Source: Lama glama
Taxonomy: Eukaryota
Assembly (NCBI GenBank): GCA_028534125.1
Contig: CM052817.1
Span: 104,348,001 to 104,412,000, forward strand
Direction of reading: 5' to 3'
DNA: 64,000 nucleotides
Part shown: positions 13,263-25,628 of the stretch, in pieces
Layout of the letters: the number at the start of each line of letters is the position of its first letter
Numbering within the stretch: the first letter of the stretch is position 1
Notes under the pieces: generated by a model
The model's input: only the letters and a program-made list of their open reading frames with translations
Told to the model about the DNA's origin: nothing
The model's database searches: none
Made by a program: the position numbers and the translations under genes

Positions 13263-14300
13263 GACTACAGTTATATAATGGGAACCTGTTTAATATTGTC
13301 TTAGATTATTATTCAGTAAATAAAAGCAGAACATCAACCTAAACTCCAGGTGAGGCAGCGCCCTGTTCACGGAGAGGCCCGATGGTGAGGACCTCACCCT
13401 CCTGCTCGGCGGTGAAGCCGCGGCTCCAGGGAGGAAGGTGTGAGGACCAGAGCAGCCCCAAGGTCGTGAGCCTGCGAGACAGACGACAAATCGGGGGTCT
13501 CCCATTGCCTATGTCAGCCTCAGACCTCACAGCCTCTCACCTATAATGAAGTGGGAGAGAAGATAAAAGCATTTCCCCTGTTCTGTGTTGTTTGAACATC
13601 ATTAGAACCTTCATCATAGCCGGGCAGACCCAGCACTGGCCCCAGAGCTCCAGGGAGCAGGATGAAGCCCTGTCATTCCGTGGCTTATCAAAGTCTGAAA
13701 AAAATTAATTCAGGGTTGTCATCACCCTACTTAAAATCCTGAGGCTCACGGGATGTAAGATCCTCTTTACTTCACATTCATTTTACAATGAAGAGGAAAC
13801 AAGAAGTTAGCAGATTTCTCCTCCAGGTATCCTGGCTTGGCGGTGCCCTGGCCCCCTTGGAGAAGGCTCATTTCTCAGCGGTCCTGTGAAAGGAAGGCTG
13901 CACCTTCCTCCACTCCCAGTTACCTGGGGACAGGTCAGGTCCACAACCACCCCTCCTCCACAGCACATCTCTGCTCCCCTGAGGCTCTGAGGCACATCTG
14001 CCTCCTGCTGGCATCTCTGCACCGTCCAGCAACATTTCTTTGTTTTTTTCTGTTAAACTTCTCCTCCAATGTCTATAGCAGCTGCCTTAAAATTTACAGT
14101 CCCCTTAAAGCTGTGAAACGGAAACCTTCTGTTCACCTTTAGCAAATTAAATTCTTACTTGACAAATAGAATAGAGGTCTGCAGGCATCCTCCAAGGCAC
14201 GGCCAGATTTCTGAGCTTCCCTGCACACCTTCTGCCTCCTTCCCTTTTCTGATGCCACAGAGGTTGCCCTCCCATGTGGGGCTCGTCACTGCAGGGACTC

Positions 14301-14852
14301 TGTGTGACAGGCAGAATTCTCACATGTCCTCCAAGATTCCCTACCCCCTGCATAATCCCCAGGGATGTGAATACATGGATTTTACTTGCATGATAATTGT
14401 TACTGTATGGGATGGTTGACTAGGAAAAGGAGGTGATCTGGGGGCCTAACCTAATTGCATGCGAAAAGCAGAGACTTTTCTCTGGTTTCTGGAGAAGGGA
14501 AGGTCAAAGATTCAAAGCATGAGAAGGGTTCAGTGGGCTATTGCTGACTGGAAGATGGAGGGGCCCACTGGCGAGGAATGTGAGTGGTCTCTGGAAGCTG
14601 AGAGCAGCCCTCAGCTGACAGCCTTCAAGGAGCACAACCACAAGGAACTGAACTTTGCCCACAAGAAACAAGAACCCAGGAGTGGACTTTTCTCTGGAGC
14701 CTCCAGACAAGCCAGGCTGGCTCTTGGTTTCAGGCTCGTGGTACCCTCAGCAGAAAACCCAGTCACCTCAGCAGAACCGTGAGATGATAATGGATATTTT
14801 CATCTACTTAGTTTGTAGCAATGTGTTACGCAGAAATAGAAGACCGATGACT
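14301..14852 (+). mobile_element. MaLR LTR (MLT1E-like)
   Basis: 'tgtgacaggcagaattct...tccaagattcc...gaagatggagggg...tctctggaagctgagagcagccc...cacaaggaactgaactttgcc...gttacgcagaaatagaag'. Confidence 0.75.
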
Positions 14853-15059
14853 TTAAATCTGTGCTTATCTCTTTTTAGGACTCTTTTTGTTAAGTTGTTT
14901 CCAGTCTCCATCCTCTTCTTGGTGTCCCATTTGTACTGTCATCATGATCACCACCACCACCACGCCAACAGCAAATGAGTATGCTAGACACTATATATAA
15001 ATGCTTCAGATGGATTATTTCATTTAAATCTTTATAAAAGCCAGAGATCAGATACATTT

Positions 15060-15195
15060 TAGAGTTTGAGATATGCAAATGTTAGCTACTATATATATAA
15101 ATAGATTTTTTAAAAAACCCAAGTTTCTTCTGTATAGCGCAAGGAACCAAATTCAATATCTTGTAATAACCTTTAATGAAAAATATATGAAAATG
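15060..15195 (+). mobile_element. L1 3' UTR fragment
   Basis: 'gagtttgagatatgcaaatg...ctgtatagcgcaaggaac...tcaatatcttgtaataacc' is homologous to the other L1 ends in the window. Confidence 0.75.
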
Positions 15196-15632
15196 GAAAA
15201 AGAAAAACAGAGATCTTATGAAAACGCAGATGGTTGGTCTGTAGGTCTGGGTTGGGGCTTGAGAGTCTAACCAATCCCCAAGAAATGCCTCAAAGCTGTT
15301 TGTGGATGTAATTGAAGAAATTCAGCTAGAAGCTGTAGTTGCAGGACTAGCCCTATTGAAATGGGCAATTCCTCTCAGGCACAATTCCTGTAAATTAGAT
15401 TATGGTCACCTCGTGGCATTGGCTTGACCTTGATTGAAGTAACTACAGACCCAGGTCTGATGTTTGTCACAATATAACCTGAGGGAGGGGAATGGAATGG
15501 AACCTGAGGAAAGTAACCTGGTACCAATTCCTGAATTCCATCTCTACCCTCGAGATCAGACCGGCTGGAAGCAGCCCCAAGATCTTGTATTTTTAACAAG
15601 CTCCTCAGCTGAATCTTGTGTCATTCAAAAGA

Positions 15633-15838
15633 CAGGGTTTCTCAGCTTCAGCATGGTTGACGTTTTGGATGGGCTAATTCTTTCTTTTGAGACGCTGTGC
15701 TGTGCACTGCAGAATGACTAATAACATTTCTGGTCTCCACTCAGCAGATGCCAATAGCACCCCCCCTTCCCCAATCATAACAACAAAAAGTGTCCCCAGA
15801 CCTGCTAAATGCACAAAATCTCCCCTGGATCTGAAGCT
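15633..15838. mobile_element. MER20-like hAT-Charlie DNA transposon
   Basis: 'cagggtttctcagcttcagc...gtgcactgcagaatg...cagatgccaatagcacc...aaaagtgtccccagac'. Confidence 0.7.
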
Positions 15839-16714
15839 TGGAGATTGGTGGTTGGGTCTTTGTCTAGAAAAGAAAGAACTGAAAGTGTGTTTAGCATAGG
15901 ACCCAGTCACTTTTTTCTTATAAAAATAGAATAAATGTATATCCATAAAAATATGTTATGAAAGTTAGAGCATGATTATGTTTTGTTAAAATTATCTAAA
16001 CATTAAGTATTCTCTAAGTGCAACTTTTTTCAATCACTGCTTAATTCAGTTTTCACTTTGCAATAATTGACTCTTTAATTTGTGAGGTCTTGGTTAATTC
16101 TCACCTCTTTATAAGCCTGAACAATGCTTCTACTTTTTAAATGACTGTAACTGTCTGATAAAAACTGTAAAAAAGAATGTTCTTCAAAAAATTTCATCCT
16201 CTACATTTCTCATGAACAATGACATACGCTCTCCAACCCCACTCCATTTTTTTCCAGCCGGTTTGGTGGGTCTTTGCTTCTGGCAAATATCTCTGCTAAA
16301 TAGCATGTCATCCTTTTCTCTGCACAAATGAGACAGATCACTAAAAATCTGATTCAGAAACTTTCTCAGGGTCTGTGTAAATCTCCGTCACTGTAATGTG
16401 ACTATGTGTGTGTTTTCAGTGAGGAAAAATTTATTCTGACAACCATGCCTCTGTATCACCAATAATAATGCCTCCTTTGGATTTACGTTTTATTTTGAAG
16501 TTTATTTTTAAGGTAATCTAGCAACTAAGCTTAATGTGTATCTGAGTAACTTCATCTAGGCATTTTGCCATCCTTATAAGACACAATTCTTTCTTTTCCA
16601 TCTGAGCATTTTGAAGACAATTTTAAGTCTTAAATCACTTACAGTGTGATTTTAAATATGTACGCAATGATTCCCTGACCACTGATCTCTAGTAGCTGGT
16701 GATCTAGTCTCTGT

Positions 16715-16754
16715 GGTACTATAGTCAATATCTTGTCATAGCCTATAATGAAAG

Positions 16755-16808
<54 letters not shown>

Positions 16809-16895
16809 TGATATATATATTATCTGAGTCACTATGCTGTACACCAGAAATTAACACAACATTGTAAACTGACTATATGCCAATTTAAAAAAAAA
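16715..16895 (+). mobile_element. Short L1 3' end with expanded (AT)n
   Basis: 'tatagtcaatatcttgtcatagcctataatgaaagg...gctgtacaccagaaattaacacaacattgtaaactgactat' followed by poly-A. Confidence 0.85.
16757..16806. repeat. (AT)n dinucleotide microsatellite, about 25 perfect units
   Basis: Directly visible. Confidence 0.97.
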
Positions 16896-16896
16896 T

Positions 16897-17070
16897 TACC
16901 TATCCCTTTGATTGAAGCATTCAGTCTATTTGCATTTACAGTAATTATCGATATATAAATTCTCATTGTCATTTTTTTCATTGTTTTGGAATTGTTTTTG
17001 TAGGTTTTTTGTGTTATGTTTGGATTCCTTTTCCTTTTTGTGAGTGTATCCATTATAGATTTGTGATAAA
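16897..17070 (-). mobile_element. L1 inter-ORF / ORF2 N-terminal fragment, inverted
   Basis: The minus frame reads MTMRIYISIITVNANRLNASIKG, matching the L1 ORF2p endonuclease start (SIITLNVNGLNAP). Confidence 0.8.
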
Positions 17071-17099
17071 AATAGATATTTTGTATATCTATATATAAA

Positions 17100-17545
17100 T
17101 ACACATACACACACAATGGAATACTACTCAGCCGTAAAAAATGAAAATTTGCGACAACATGGATGGACTTGGAGGGTATCTTGCTAAGTGAAATAAGTCA
17201 GAGGAAGAAAAATACTGTATGATGTCACTTTTATGTAGAATATAAAAAATAAAACAAATTAATGAATATAATAACAACAAAGAAAACCTCACAGATACAG
17301 AGAACAAACTAGTGGTGACCAGTGGGGAAAAGGATTGGGGGAGGGGCAAGATAGGGGTAGAGAATTATGAGGTACAAACTATTACATATAAAATAAATAA
17401 CCTACAAGGATATAGTGTACAACACAGGGAGTATAGCCAATATTTTATAATAACTGTCAGTGGAATATAACCTTTAAAAATTGTAAATCACTCTGTTGTA
17501 CACCTGAAATGTATAATATTGAACAACTATATCTCAATAACAAAA
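17100..17545 (+). mobile_element. L1 3' end
   Basis: 'acaatggaatactactcagcc...acatggatggacttggagggt...ctaagtgaaataagtcag...caactatatctcaataac'. Confidence 0.85.
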
Positions 17546-17719
17546 AGTGTGAAAATAAGCTATCCCAGGGACTGCTAATTTCTCACATCCAGAGGCCATT
17601 CCAGAAGAAATGGTTTACTGAGCAGGGTTTTAGTCACTCTATTAAAGTTGGCCTGAACCCTGTTGATTTATTCTCACATCTGTCACAGGGTTTATTTGGA
17701 AAAACAGTGCCACTGAGCA

Positions 17720-17910
17720 GAATTAGACATGGTTGTCAGAGAGGACAGACATGGGTTTGACTCTAGGTGTGTGGCACCATTTTGACAACTGAAATCCTCT
17801 AAATCTTAGTTTCCTCCATTGAAAAAGGGGATGAAGCAACCTCATAGATCTTTCTTTGTGAGGATAAAATGCAATAAAATATGTTAAATGGTTGGCACAT
17901 GACTGGGACC
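17720..17910 (+). mobile_element. MIR SINE
   Basis: 'tcttagtttcctccattgaaaaaggggatg...cctcatag...tgtgaggataaaatg...tggcacatg' is the MIR core. Several other MIR remnants occur in the window. Confidence 0.6.
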
Positions 17911-18911
17911 ACGGAAATTACACAATTTATATTATTTCTTATATTATTTTACTCCTGGTCTATTGCTTGTCTAGCTATTTGTTTTCCTTAATTTGGGGGG
18001 ATAGACAGATAGACATGGCTAGATCAGAAGTTTGTTTGTTCATATTAATTATTAAATGTTTAACATATAAATTTATATAAAGCTATAAGTCACTTGTTAA
18101 AATATTCTGGTCTGCTTTTTAAAAAGCACAATAGAACAGCTTTCTCTATGATTGCCTTTTGCTACCTGAGGGAAAACAGGCCTTATTATTTTCCTGACTT
18201 TCCACAGAGTGTGCGGTTTAAGATACACATTCACACTAAATATCTTCAGCATTATTGTAGACACTAAGATGTCCAGACATTTAAGATACAGGGATTTAAT
18301 GTCAACTGAAGAGTTAATGGCTTAAAGAAAAAGTATTGGAAATTTCATCCTATTTTACAGGCAGAAAAATTGTTGACTTTTAAATTCTTACTTTGCTGCC
18401 TGTCAAGGTGCAAATCAAAGCAATGGGTCTCGATTTGGTTTTGTAGAATTTTCAGAAATTCACTTCAAAGTGCAAAAGGTTATGCTGAATAGAGTTTCAT
18501 AACAAGCCTTGTACTGCAGATGACCCACTCCATCTTTGACATTTATTCAGGCTCTTGCAAACCAAAAATTACCCATGTGTTACTGGAGAAAAAGGTGGAA
18601 AATACTGCAGCACTGTACTGATAAAACACTTCAAACTTCTTTCCTGACTTTATAGATTTAGGGCAACTGAATGGCCTTCCCTGTTGGAAAGCACTTTTCC
18701 TGTTCTGTTTTCCCCTCAAAATTGGAGTAGAACTACCCACACTTCTCCCTAGCTTGAATCACATTTGAATGTTCACAATTTTGTGATACAGCCAGGGGAA
18801 GGTGTCCCTGTGAGTAACCTCCACTGAAGTTTGGTTCAAAGTGTTCTTTTCAAGAAGAGGAGTGTAACATTTTCCAGTGATAATTATAACTTTTTTCTAA
18901 TTCTTCCCCTA

Positions 18912-19120
18912 CCTTTTTAAAATTTCAGATTGTGGCATAAATGTCACTGCATTGTAAGATCAGTAAGTGTACACCATAGTGATTTGATATACATTGTGAA
19001 GGGTTCCCCCATCGGGTTAATTAACACATCCATCACCTCACATATTTCATTCATTTATTTATTTTGGGTGAGAACACTACATTCTACTCCGTGAATTTCG
19101 ATTCTACTAGACAGTGTTAA
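18912..19120 (-). mobile_element. Older L1 (L1MA-like) 3' end
   Basis: 'aagtgtacaccatagtgatttgatatacattgtgaa...ttaattaacacatccatcacctcacat...ggtgagaacact'. Confidence 0.7.
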
Positions 19121-19294
19121 GCCAAATGGGTAGACACCCAAATTTCCTACTTGGTAAAAGGAGTTGATGGCAATGTACAGCTACAGACATTGGTGGTGAC
19201 ATTTATAAATTACATAAAATTGGGTTCTTTTATTTTTAGTTTCTTGTTTTTGTTTTTGTTTGTTTGTTTTTCTTCTAAGAAAAGACTGTTTTAA

Positions 19295-19573
19295 ACTCAC
19301 AGACATAGAAAACAAACTTATGGTTACTGGGGGGAGGGGATGGGGAGGGATAAATTGGGAGTATGAGATTTGCAGATACTAACTATTCTATATAAAATAG
19401 ATAAACAGTAAGTTTTTACTGTATAGCACAGAGAACTATATTCAATATCTTGTAGTAACTTATAATGAAAAAGAATATGAAAACAAATATATGTATGTAT
19501 ATGTGTGACTGAAACATGATGCTGTACACCAGAAACTGACACATTGTAACTGACTGTACTTCAACTAAAAAAA
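19295..19573 (+). mobile_element. L1 3' end with about 18-bp TSD
   Basis: Typical L1 3' UTR plus poly-A. Flanks are aagaaaagactgttttaa (19277-19294) and aagaaaagatcattttaa (19574-19591). Confidence 0.9.
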
Positions 19574-20915
19574 AAGAAAAGATCATTTTAAGGTCTAGTT
19601 ATACTAAATGATACAGAAAAAGTAAAAGCAAATTTTGTAATCTTAACCTGAGGGAGCAGATAAAATCACTTAATCTGTAGATGAGGATAGATCAGAATAT
19701 TGGGGCAGGAAAAAAGTCTAGCATAACATTGATGTCACTACTGGGTCAGAAACGTCAGTACTGGGGCTGAAGACAAGGCATTATGTGTTTTCTGTTGATA
19801 ACTAAGCGAAACCAAAATTAACCAGATTTTCATTGGTTCATCTGTCCAGATTGCCTTTCCTTCCCAATGAGAACGAGTGGAATGTCTAAGGAAACTTAGC
19901 ATCAGGCAGATCTCCAACAATGACAGGCTATATCTCTTTGAGTGAGGCATTTAACTTTTCCACCTGTCAGCCTCCGCATCCAAAACAACAACAACAACAA
20001 CAACACAGACCCTGAAGATGTTTCATGAGGATTAAATGAGATAATTAAAAATTGTACGTCAAAATGCTTGGTATAGGGTAATTATTACTTTTACCACCAA
20101 TAACAACAGTCTACCTATTGACTGGAATTATAGATTAGAAAAATCCCCGAGGAAAGCTTTTTTTTACATATACATAAAAGTTGCAACGTGTTTATAGTAG
20201 ATGCAAGAAGATAGAGAAAACTCTGACATTTCGTAAAACTATGGCTTGGAGACAGACTGCGTAATTCCAAACGATTTCTTTTTGTTATCAAAAGGTAAAT
20301 AATCCATCTAGCTCGAAAAATGAAGAAAATGCTTTATCATCTCTCTGAGGGCACTTCCTGTGTTTAGGTATGTGATCTGTAGGGTTCAGTGTTTCTGTGA
20401 CTGAGCGCAGGATTGTAGTGCATTAACTTGCAGGGACACAGGCTTCTCCCTTATTTGGGGGAAAGGCATTTCCATCCACGGCCGGGCGCCCCAGCATGTG
20501 GTGGGTGGTGGACCAGTGGGAAGTGGTGGACAGTGAGAGTGGAACAGGGCTGACAGTCCGGGCAGGCGGCATCTTTAAGGACCTGTGATGTGGTCACAGA
20601 TAAACTAGCGCCTTTGGAAAGCTGACACACAGGGTAGTGCAGGAAAGTCAGAAAGAACCTGAGTCTGGTGAATTTGATCCTGCCTCTTAGAGTTAAGGTT
20701 AGTTACTGGAAGTCAAAACTGTGTGCTTGGAAATCAATACAGTTGTGGTTGGTTTTATTTAAAAGTGGTTTTGAAAATCTTCTTTGTCTCATCTCTGCTA
20801 AGAAAGAACCAGGCCAAAGATCTTGGGGCATTGTTTTGTTTGTTTTGCTCTTCTAGTCTCATCTGTTTGGGTTTTGTTGTTGTTTTTAGCAAAGGGGAGC
20901 ATTCCCTGTGGGAGC

Positions 20916-20969
20916 ATTCCCCATCAGGTTGAGGTTCTTGGTATTCCCCATCAGGTTGAGGTTCTTGGT
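20916..20969. repeat. Perfect 27-bp tandem duplication
   Basis: attccccatcaggttgaggttcttggt occurs twice (20916-20942 and 20943-20969). Confidence 0.95.
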
Positions 20970-22904
20970 GGGAAAATACCCACCGTGAGCCTATTCTGAC
21001 AGCTAGCCATATCGCATACCGCTGTATACAACATAGAATAAGCCAGGTGTACTGATAACCCACCTGCAAGTGATGCTCAGCTGCTCAGAAGCAGAGCGAA
21101 GTTGCCATGTGTCAGTCTATTGAAAGGTACAGGGTTCCATCCTACCTCTTTTTTCCTCTTTAAGTCTGACCTGATGAGATTGAGCTTCTAAACTTCAGAT
21201 CCTGTCTTTTTCCACAGTGGTTCATTTTAGGACATGACATAGACCTGTATTAGATCGTCCATTTGAATATTTGAATATTTCTTGAGAAGCTAGGATCAGC
21301 CACTTATATTTTATTGTTCATACCATCCTCAAACCTTTAGAACTGTGGATAAAGCACAAATATGAGATGTGAAGCACTGAGACAGATGAGCGTCCTCTTC
21401 TCTAATTTACATAAACATTATAAGACTTCTTATTTTCTCCAAGGTTACGTTTGTTTTCTCTGGATGACGTTTTCTTGATGCATTTTTCCTTTCATTTCTC
21501 CAGGTGAGACTAGAAATCTCAAGAGGAATGCTTAGATGATTTATAGGTGTTGCCACACCTCTGGGTTTAAAAATCTCATCTTCAGTGATACACCATTTAG
21601 GAGTATTTTTATTGTTTTATAACTTGTCAGGAAATTGCTGGAGTTTGACTCTTATTATGATTGCATACTCGTGTGAGAACTATTGATAATCATTAAAAGG
21701 AACTCACAACATAAATTAAGGCAAAAAAGCAATCTTAAATGTGTCGCTCAGGATTCAGAACACAGGGAGAAAAAATTCCTTCTCTGAAATCCACTGCAGA
21801 CCTCCCTTCTCCAGCGTCATTGTTCTTACCACTTCTGTCCATTGTATTCCTCTTACCTGGCACACAGTCAGCAGTTATGCAGAAGAAGAGAATCCATGTG
21901 GAGAGGCAGTGGCTATTTTTAATAGCAGATTAAACTGACAGTCCTAAGTTCTGTTCTCCGCTCTGGCAAGGAAGAGCTGTGCATCGAACAGAAGTTCAGC
22001 ATCCCCAGCTGTGTCTCTTAAGGTAATAGTACTTTCCTATCTATTCACCAGTTTTATGAGGGTCAATGAGATGATATGTAAAAATGTACAAAAGCTGAAA
22101 ATTCCGTATAAATATAAGGTATCTCTTGTAGCCCCGAATCTGAGAAGCAACTCAGACTTGAGAAAACTTTATCTAACACAAGAGAACAAATAGATTCAAT
22201 AAAGTGTCATATGAATAATATAATTTTATTAGTTTTAATTACCCATCTCATTTGCTTATAATTTATCACTTTAAAATGATGACTGCAGAGCTAGGGAATA
22301 TTCCATGAATATTTATGGAGTTATTTCAGAATACAGTCAGCTAGCTCCAAGTTTTGCTATTTGTACGCCATGAAAATGGTCAAGCGATTGGTTCTATATC
22401 TGAGATAGTGGTGTTTAACAGGTACTCACCGAAAAAAAAAATCTATGTACATACTCACAGATACACTTAATACAAACGTTCCTGCTGTCAGTGATCAGTA
22501 GCACACAATTTACAAGTAATAATAAAATAGGCAATACTTTTATTGTGAATTCCATATGGTCAATTGATTATCATAGAATGCTTTAATTAATTTTTGTGAT
22601 ATGTTATACCCATAGCCAACCTATGGCTGCCGTTGACAGATGAGTGTTGTTCTGACAGAAGTGCTGGTCGGTGCTCTTGTTTCGTTTGACAGTCGGGTGA
22701 AAGTGAAACATCAAGACTTGTAGCCTGGAATGTCGTGCCTTCATCAGTGGTCAGGGATGAATGTTTTCTTTGGTAAATTGGCTAATAGTCATCAAATACT
22801 GGAAGAACATTGCCTCAATGTTTATGTTACTCAAACTGTAGTGGCTACAGACAAAACAAATCTCCATTTTCTCTGTGATCTTAAATCTAACAATCAAAGA
22901 AACA

Positions 22905-23428
22905 ATGCAGCTTGATTTGTGGCATTTGCTAATTTCAGTGGTATACTCTCGCCATGACTGATGTCAAGCTACCAGTGTTAAATGTTGTTAAATGCAGACC
23001 TGGGGAAGGGGGAGGGTATAGCTCAAGTGGTAGAGCACATGCTCAGCATGCATGAGGTCCTGGGTTCAATCCCCAGTACCTCCTCTAAGAATAAATAAAT
23101 ACTAAATAAACCAATTACCTCCCTACTGAAAAAATGCAGAGCTGGGGAAAGAGGCACAGTAGTAAACATCATTATAGACTATTTCCACCATACAGTTATA
23201 AATAGACGTAAATAACCTCAAGAGCTTAAGTAACAGTAAAATGTAGTAAAAAATTAAGAAATTATGAGGTTGAGTGTTTATTATTTTTGTTTTAATGTAA
23301 CTTATTTAACTGTGACTTTATATAATTTAACTTCCTAATAATGTCCATGATTAACAAGTGGTCATAATATTCCTGAAGCTTTAACAGTAGGCTCTCATGA
23401 GCCAGTACAAGCCAGCTCTCTCGTACTG
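22905..23428. mobile_element. MER63-like hAT-Blackjack DNA transposon, interrupted by a SINE
   Basis: 'ttgatttgtggcatttgctaatttc...atttccaccatacag...aataacctcaagagc...ggctctcatgagccagtacaagccagct'. Confidence 0.65.
23008..23131 (+). mobile_element. Vic-1-type tRNA-derived SINE
   Basis: A box TAGCTCAAGTGG and B box GGTTCAATCCC. TSD aaatgcagaSctggggaa at 22990-23007 and 23132-23149. Confidence 0.9.
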
Positions 23429-23724
23429 TTGGTCCCAGTTACGGTGTCATAATAACAACCTGCAACAAACAAAGTGGGAAGCGGTTGAAACTAGTAGTAC
23501 TCACTCCCTGACTCACCTCTGTGGCTACTTTCCATTGGAGATTATAACCTTATAACCCCTCTTGGGTTTTCTATTGACACATTTACATGTAGCTGTCACA
23601 GAGAACTTGAGACCTTGACACCACATAATATTCAGAGAAAGGTAGATCTTAGGAATATTTCTAATCCCAGTGGGTGAATAATTTTCACTACAAAGATAAA
23701 TTTTCTCAGAGTGAAAAAGAAATG

Positions 23725-24153
23725 TGTTGGAGAGGAATAATTTTCCCCTACCCTTCTAGGTTTTTTTGGCTGGTCTGTTAATTAGGTTGCTACATAACAG
23801 ATTAACAAAAGAAAACCAAATTTAAATACATAATACGGGCAAGCTGAGCAGTGGAGGCTACCTGCGTCCTGAGCTTAGGAATGGGGTGGGAGCCTGGGGA
23901 CCTCAAAGGCAGACAGGAAGAGTAGATGTTGGGTTATTAGATGTTTGCCCTGCCGTGCCCATAGAGCACGCAGATAAAAGTTACCACTGATCATGGTTCT
24001 TTCTCCAAGCCAGGTCCTTATCTAAATTCTTTTAGGTAGTTAAGGGTCAGATAAAAAGCTCTTCCAGAGTCTTTGGGCCTTGCATGTCTTCAGCTCAAAA
24101 TAATCCACTTGCTGAAGTGCACAGTCTGGGGAGGCTCATTCTGAACCCCTTCA
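23725..24153 (-). mobile_element. ERV1 solo LTR (MER34-like)
   Basis: TG...CA termini. The minus strand starts TGAAGGGGTTCAGAA. It is homologous to the LTR at 39478-40043. Confidence 0.75.
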
Positions 24154-24744
24154 ATGGCTAGTTCTAGAACCCCCTTCCATACACGTGTGTGCCATGCTTT
24201 CTCTAAAGAATTAGCAAATGTGGAAACCTTACAGATCTTTCCTCCGTGGCCTCACGTCAACTCTTAGTTTGATAAAGTAAGCATGGCAGCCCTTGAAAAT
24301 ATTGTAAAGAGTTTCTGCTTGTTCTTTCTACCTGTTAACATATTCTTCTTCCTATATTACTTATCCTGGTAGATTTCACTTCTGTCCACCAGCTGTCAAA
24401 GCAAGAAACCTGTTAATAGTAGGTTCTTCTTTCCCCCTCATTTTCACAGCTTATAAATTGCCGCTTCCTGGTAGTTCTTCTTCCTAAATAGCATTGCCAT
24501 CTATTACAACCCAAAGTGCTGGAATAATTCCTAGACCTAGGAAGCCCCCAGTGACTCTTTTAATGAACATATGATTCAGGAGGTGAGTCAGTCACAGGCT
24601 GAAAATAGGGAAATGAAGGGGTCTAGTTCTAGTGGTGAAGTAAGGTATATATTTTTAGCCTTAATTACCTGCACTGAAGTAGACTTGGCATGGTGTTATT
24701 TCTTCATAAAAAATTTAAAATGACAGGTTTCAGAAAAGATGGGG

Positions 24745-25166
24745 GCAACCTGGATGGACCTAGAGATAAAATCATACTAAGTGAAGTCAGTCAGACAGAG
24801 AAAGAAAAATCTCGTATGATATCACTTACATGTGGATTCTAAAAAATGATACAAATGAACTTATTTGCCAAACAGAAACAGACTCACAGACATAGAAAAC
24901 AAACTTGTGGTTACCAAAGGGGAAAGGAGGAGGAGGAGGGATAAATTAGGAGTCTGGGATTAACAGACACACACTACTCTATGTAAAACAGATAAACAAC
25001 AAGGTCCTGCTGTACAGCACAGGGAACTATATTCAGTATCTTGTAATAACCTATAATGAAAAAGAATCTGAAAAAGAACATATGTACACATATATATGTA
25101 TAACTGAATGACTTCTGCACCAGAAACTAACACAACATAGTAAATCAACAATACTTTAATTAAAAA
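24745..25166 (+). mobile_element. L1 3' end with TSD
   Basis: Canonical L1 3' end. TSD aaaagatgggg at 24734-24744 and 25167-25177. Confidence 0.9.
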
Positions 25167-25477
25167 AAAAGATGGGGTAACGGGTATCGTATGACTCTAG
25201 ATTTTTAATGTTTTTTTCCCCTTTAATTTACTTGCACACTTAATACGTACTAGAACAGAATGTGTGATATCTGGGACTAAATTTTCTGCCAGTAGAACAG
25301 TGTGACTCATGAGTTATAAAGTAGAGTTATCAGAGTCCTTTATAACAACGACTTCATTGGTATCCGGTATGAAATGTCCCCAAACAAAGTCCAACGGTCA
25401 AGTGGTGTGCAGTGTGTGAAGTTTTTTAGCAGGCAGGAGAATGCTAACAAGGAGGTCATTCAGAAATTGTCTGAAGA

Positions 25478-25628
25478 GGTGATTCTTAAACTTCTGTTGC
25501 TCTAGTCTTCCGTGGGAATCTTATAAAGACCTGGATTCCTTTTCTCAGAAAAATAAGTATCTACATATAACAGACAATTTTGCATGGATTACAGGACGTT
25601 TTGCAGCCTACAGATTAAAAAATCAGTG
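25478..25628. mobile_element. MER103-like hAT-Charlie remnant
   Basis: 'ttcttaaact...gggaatcttataaagacctggattccttttctcagaaaaat...caattttgcat...cagattaaaaaatc'. Confidence 0.5.

Noticed and set aside
20916..20969. Direct repeats of CRISPR-like length
   Set aside because: Only two adjacent copies with no spacer, in a mammalian genome; this is a simple tandem duplication.
23008..23082. tRNA-Ala-like gene (also at the other SINE heads)
   Set aside because: Each is followed by a SINE tail and flanked by TSDs, so these are SINE heads rather than tRNA genes.
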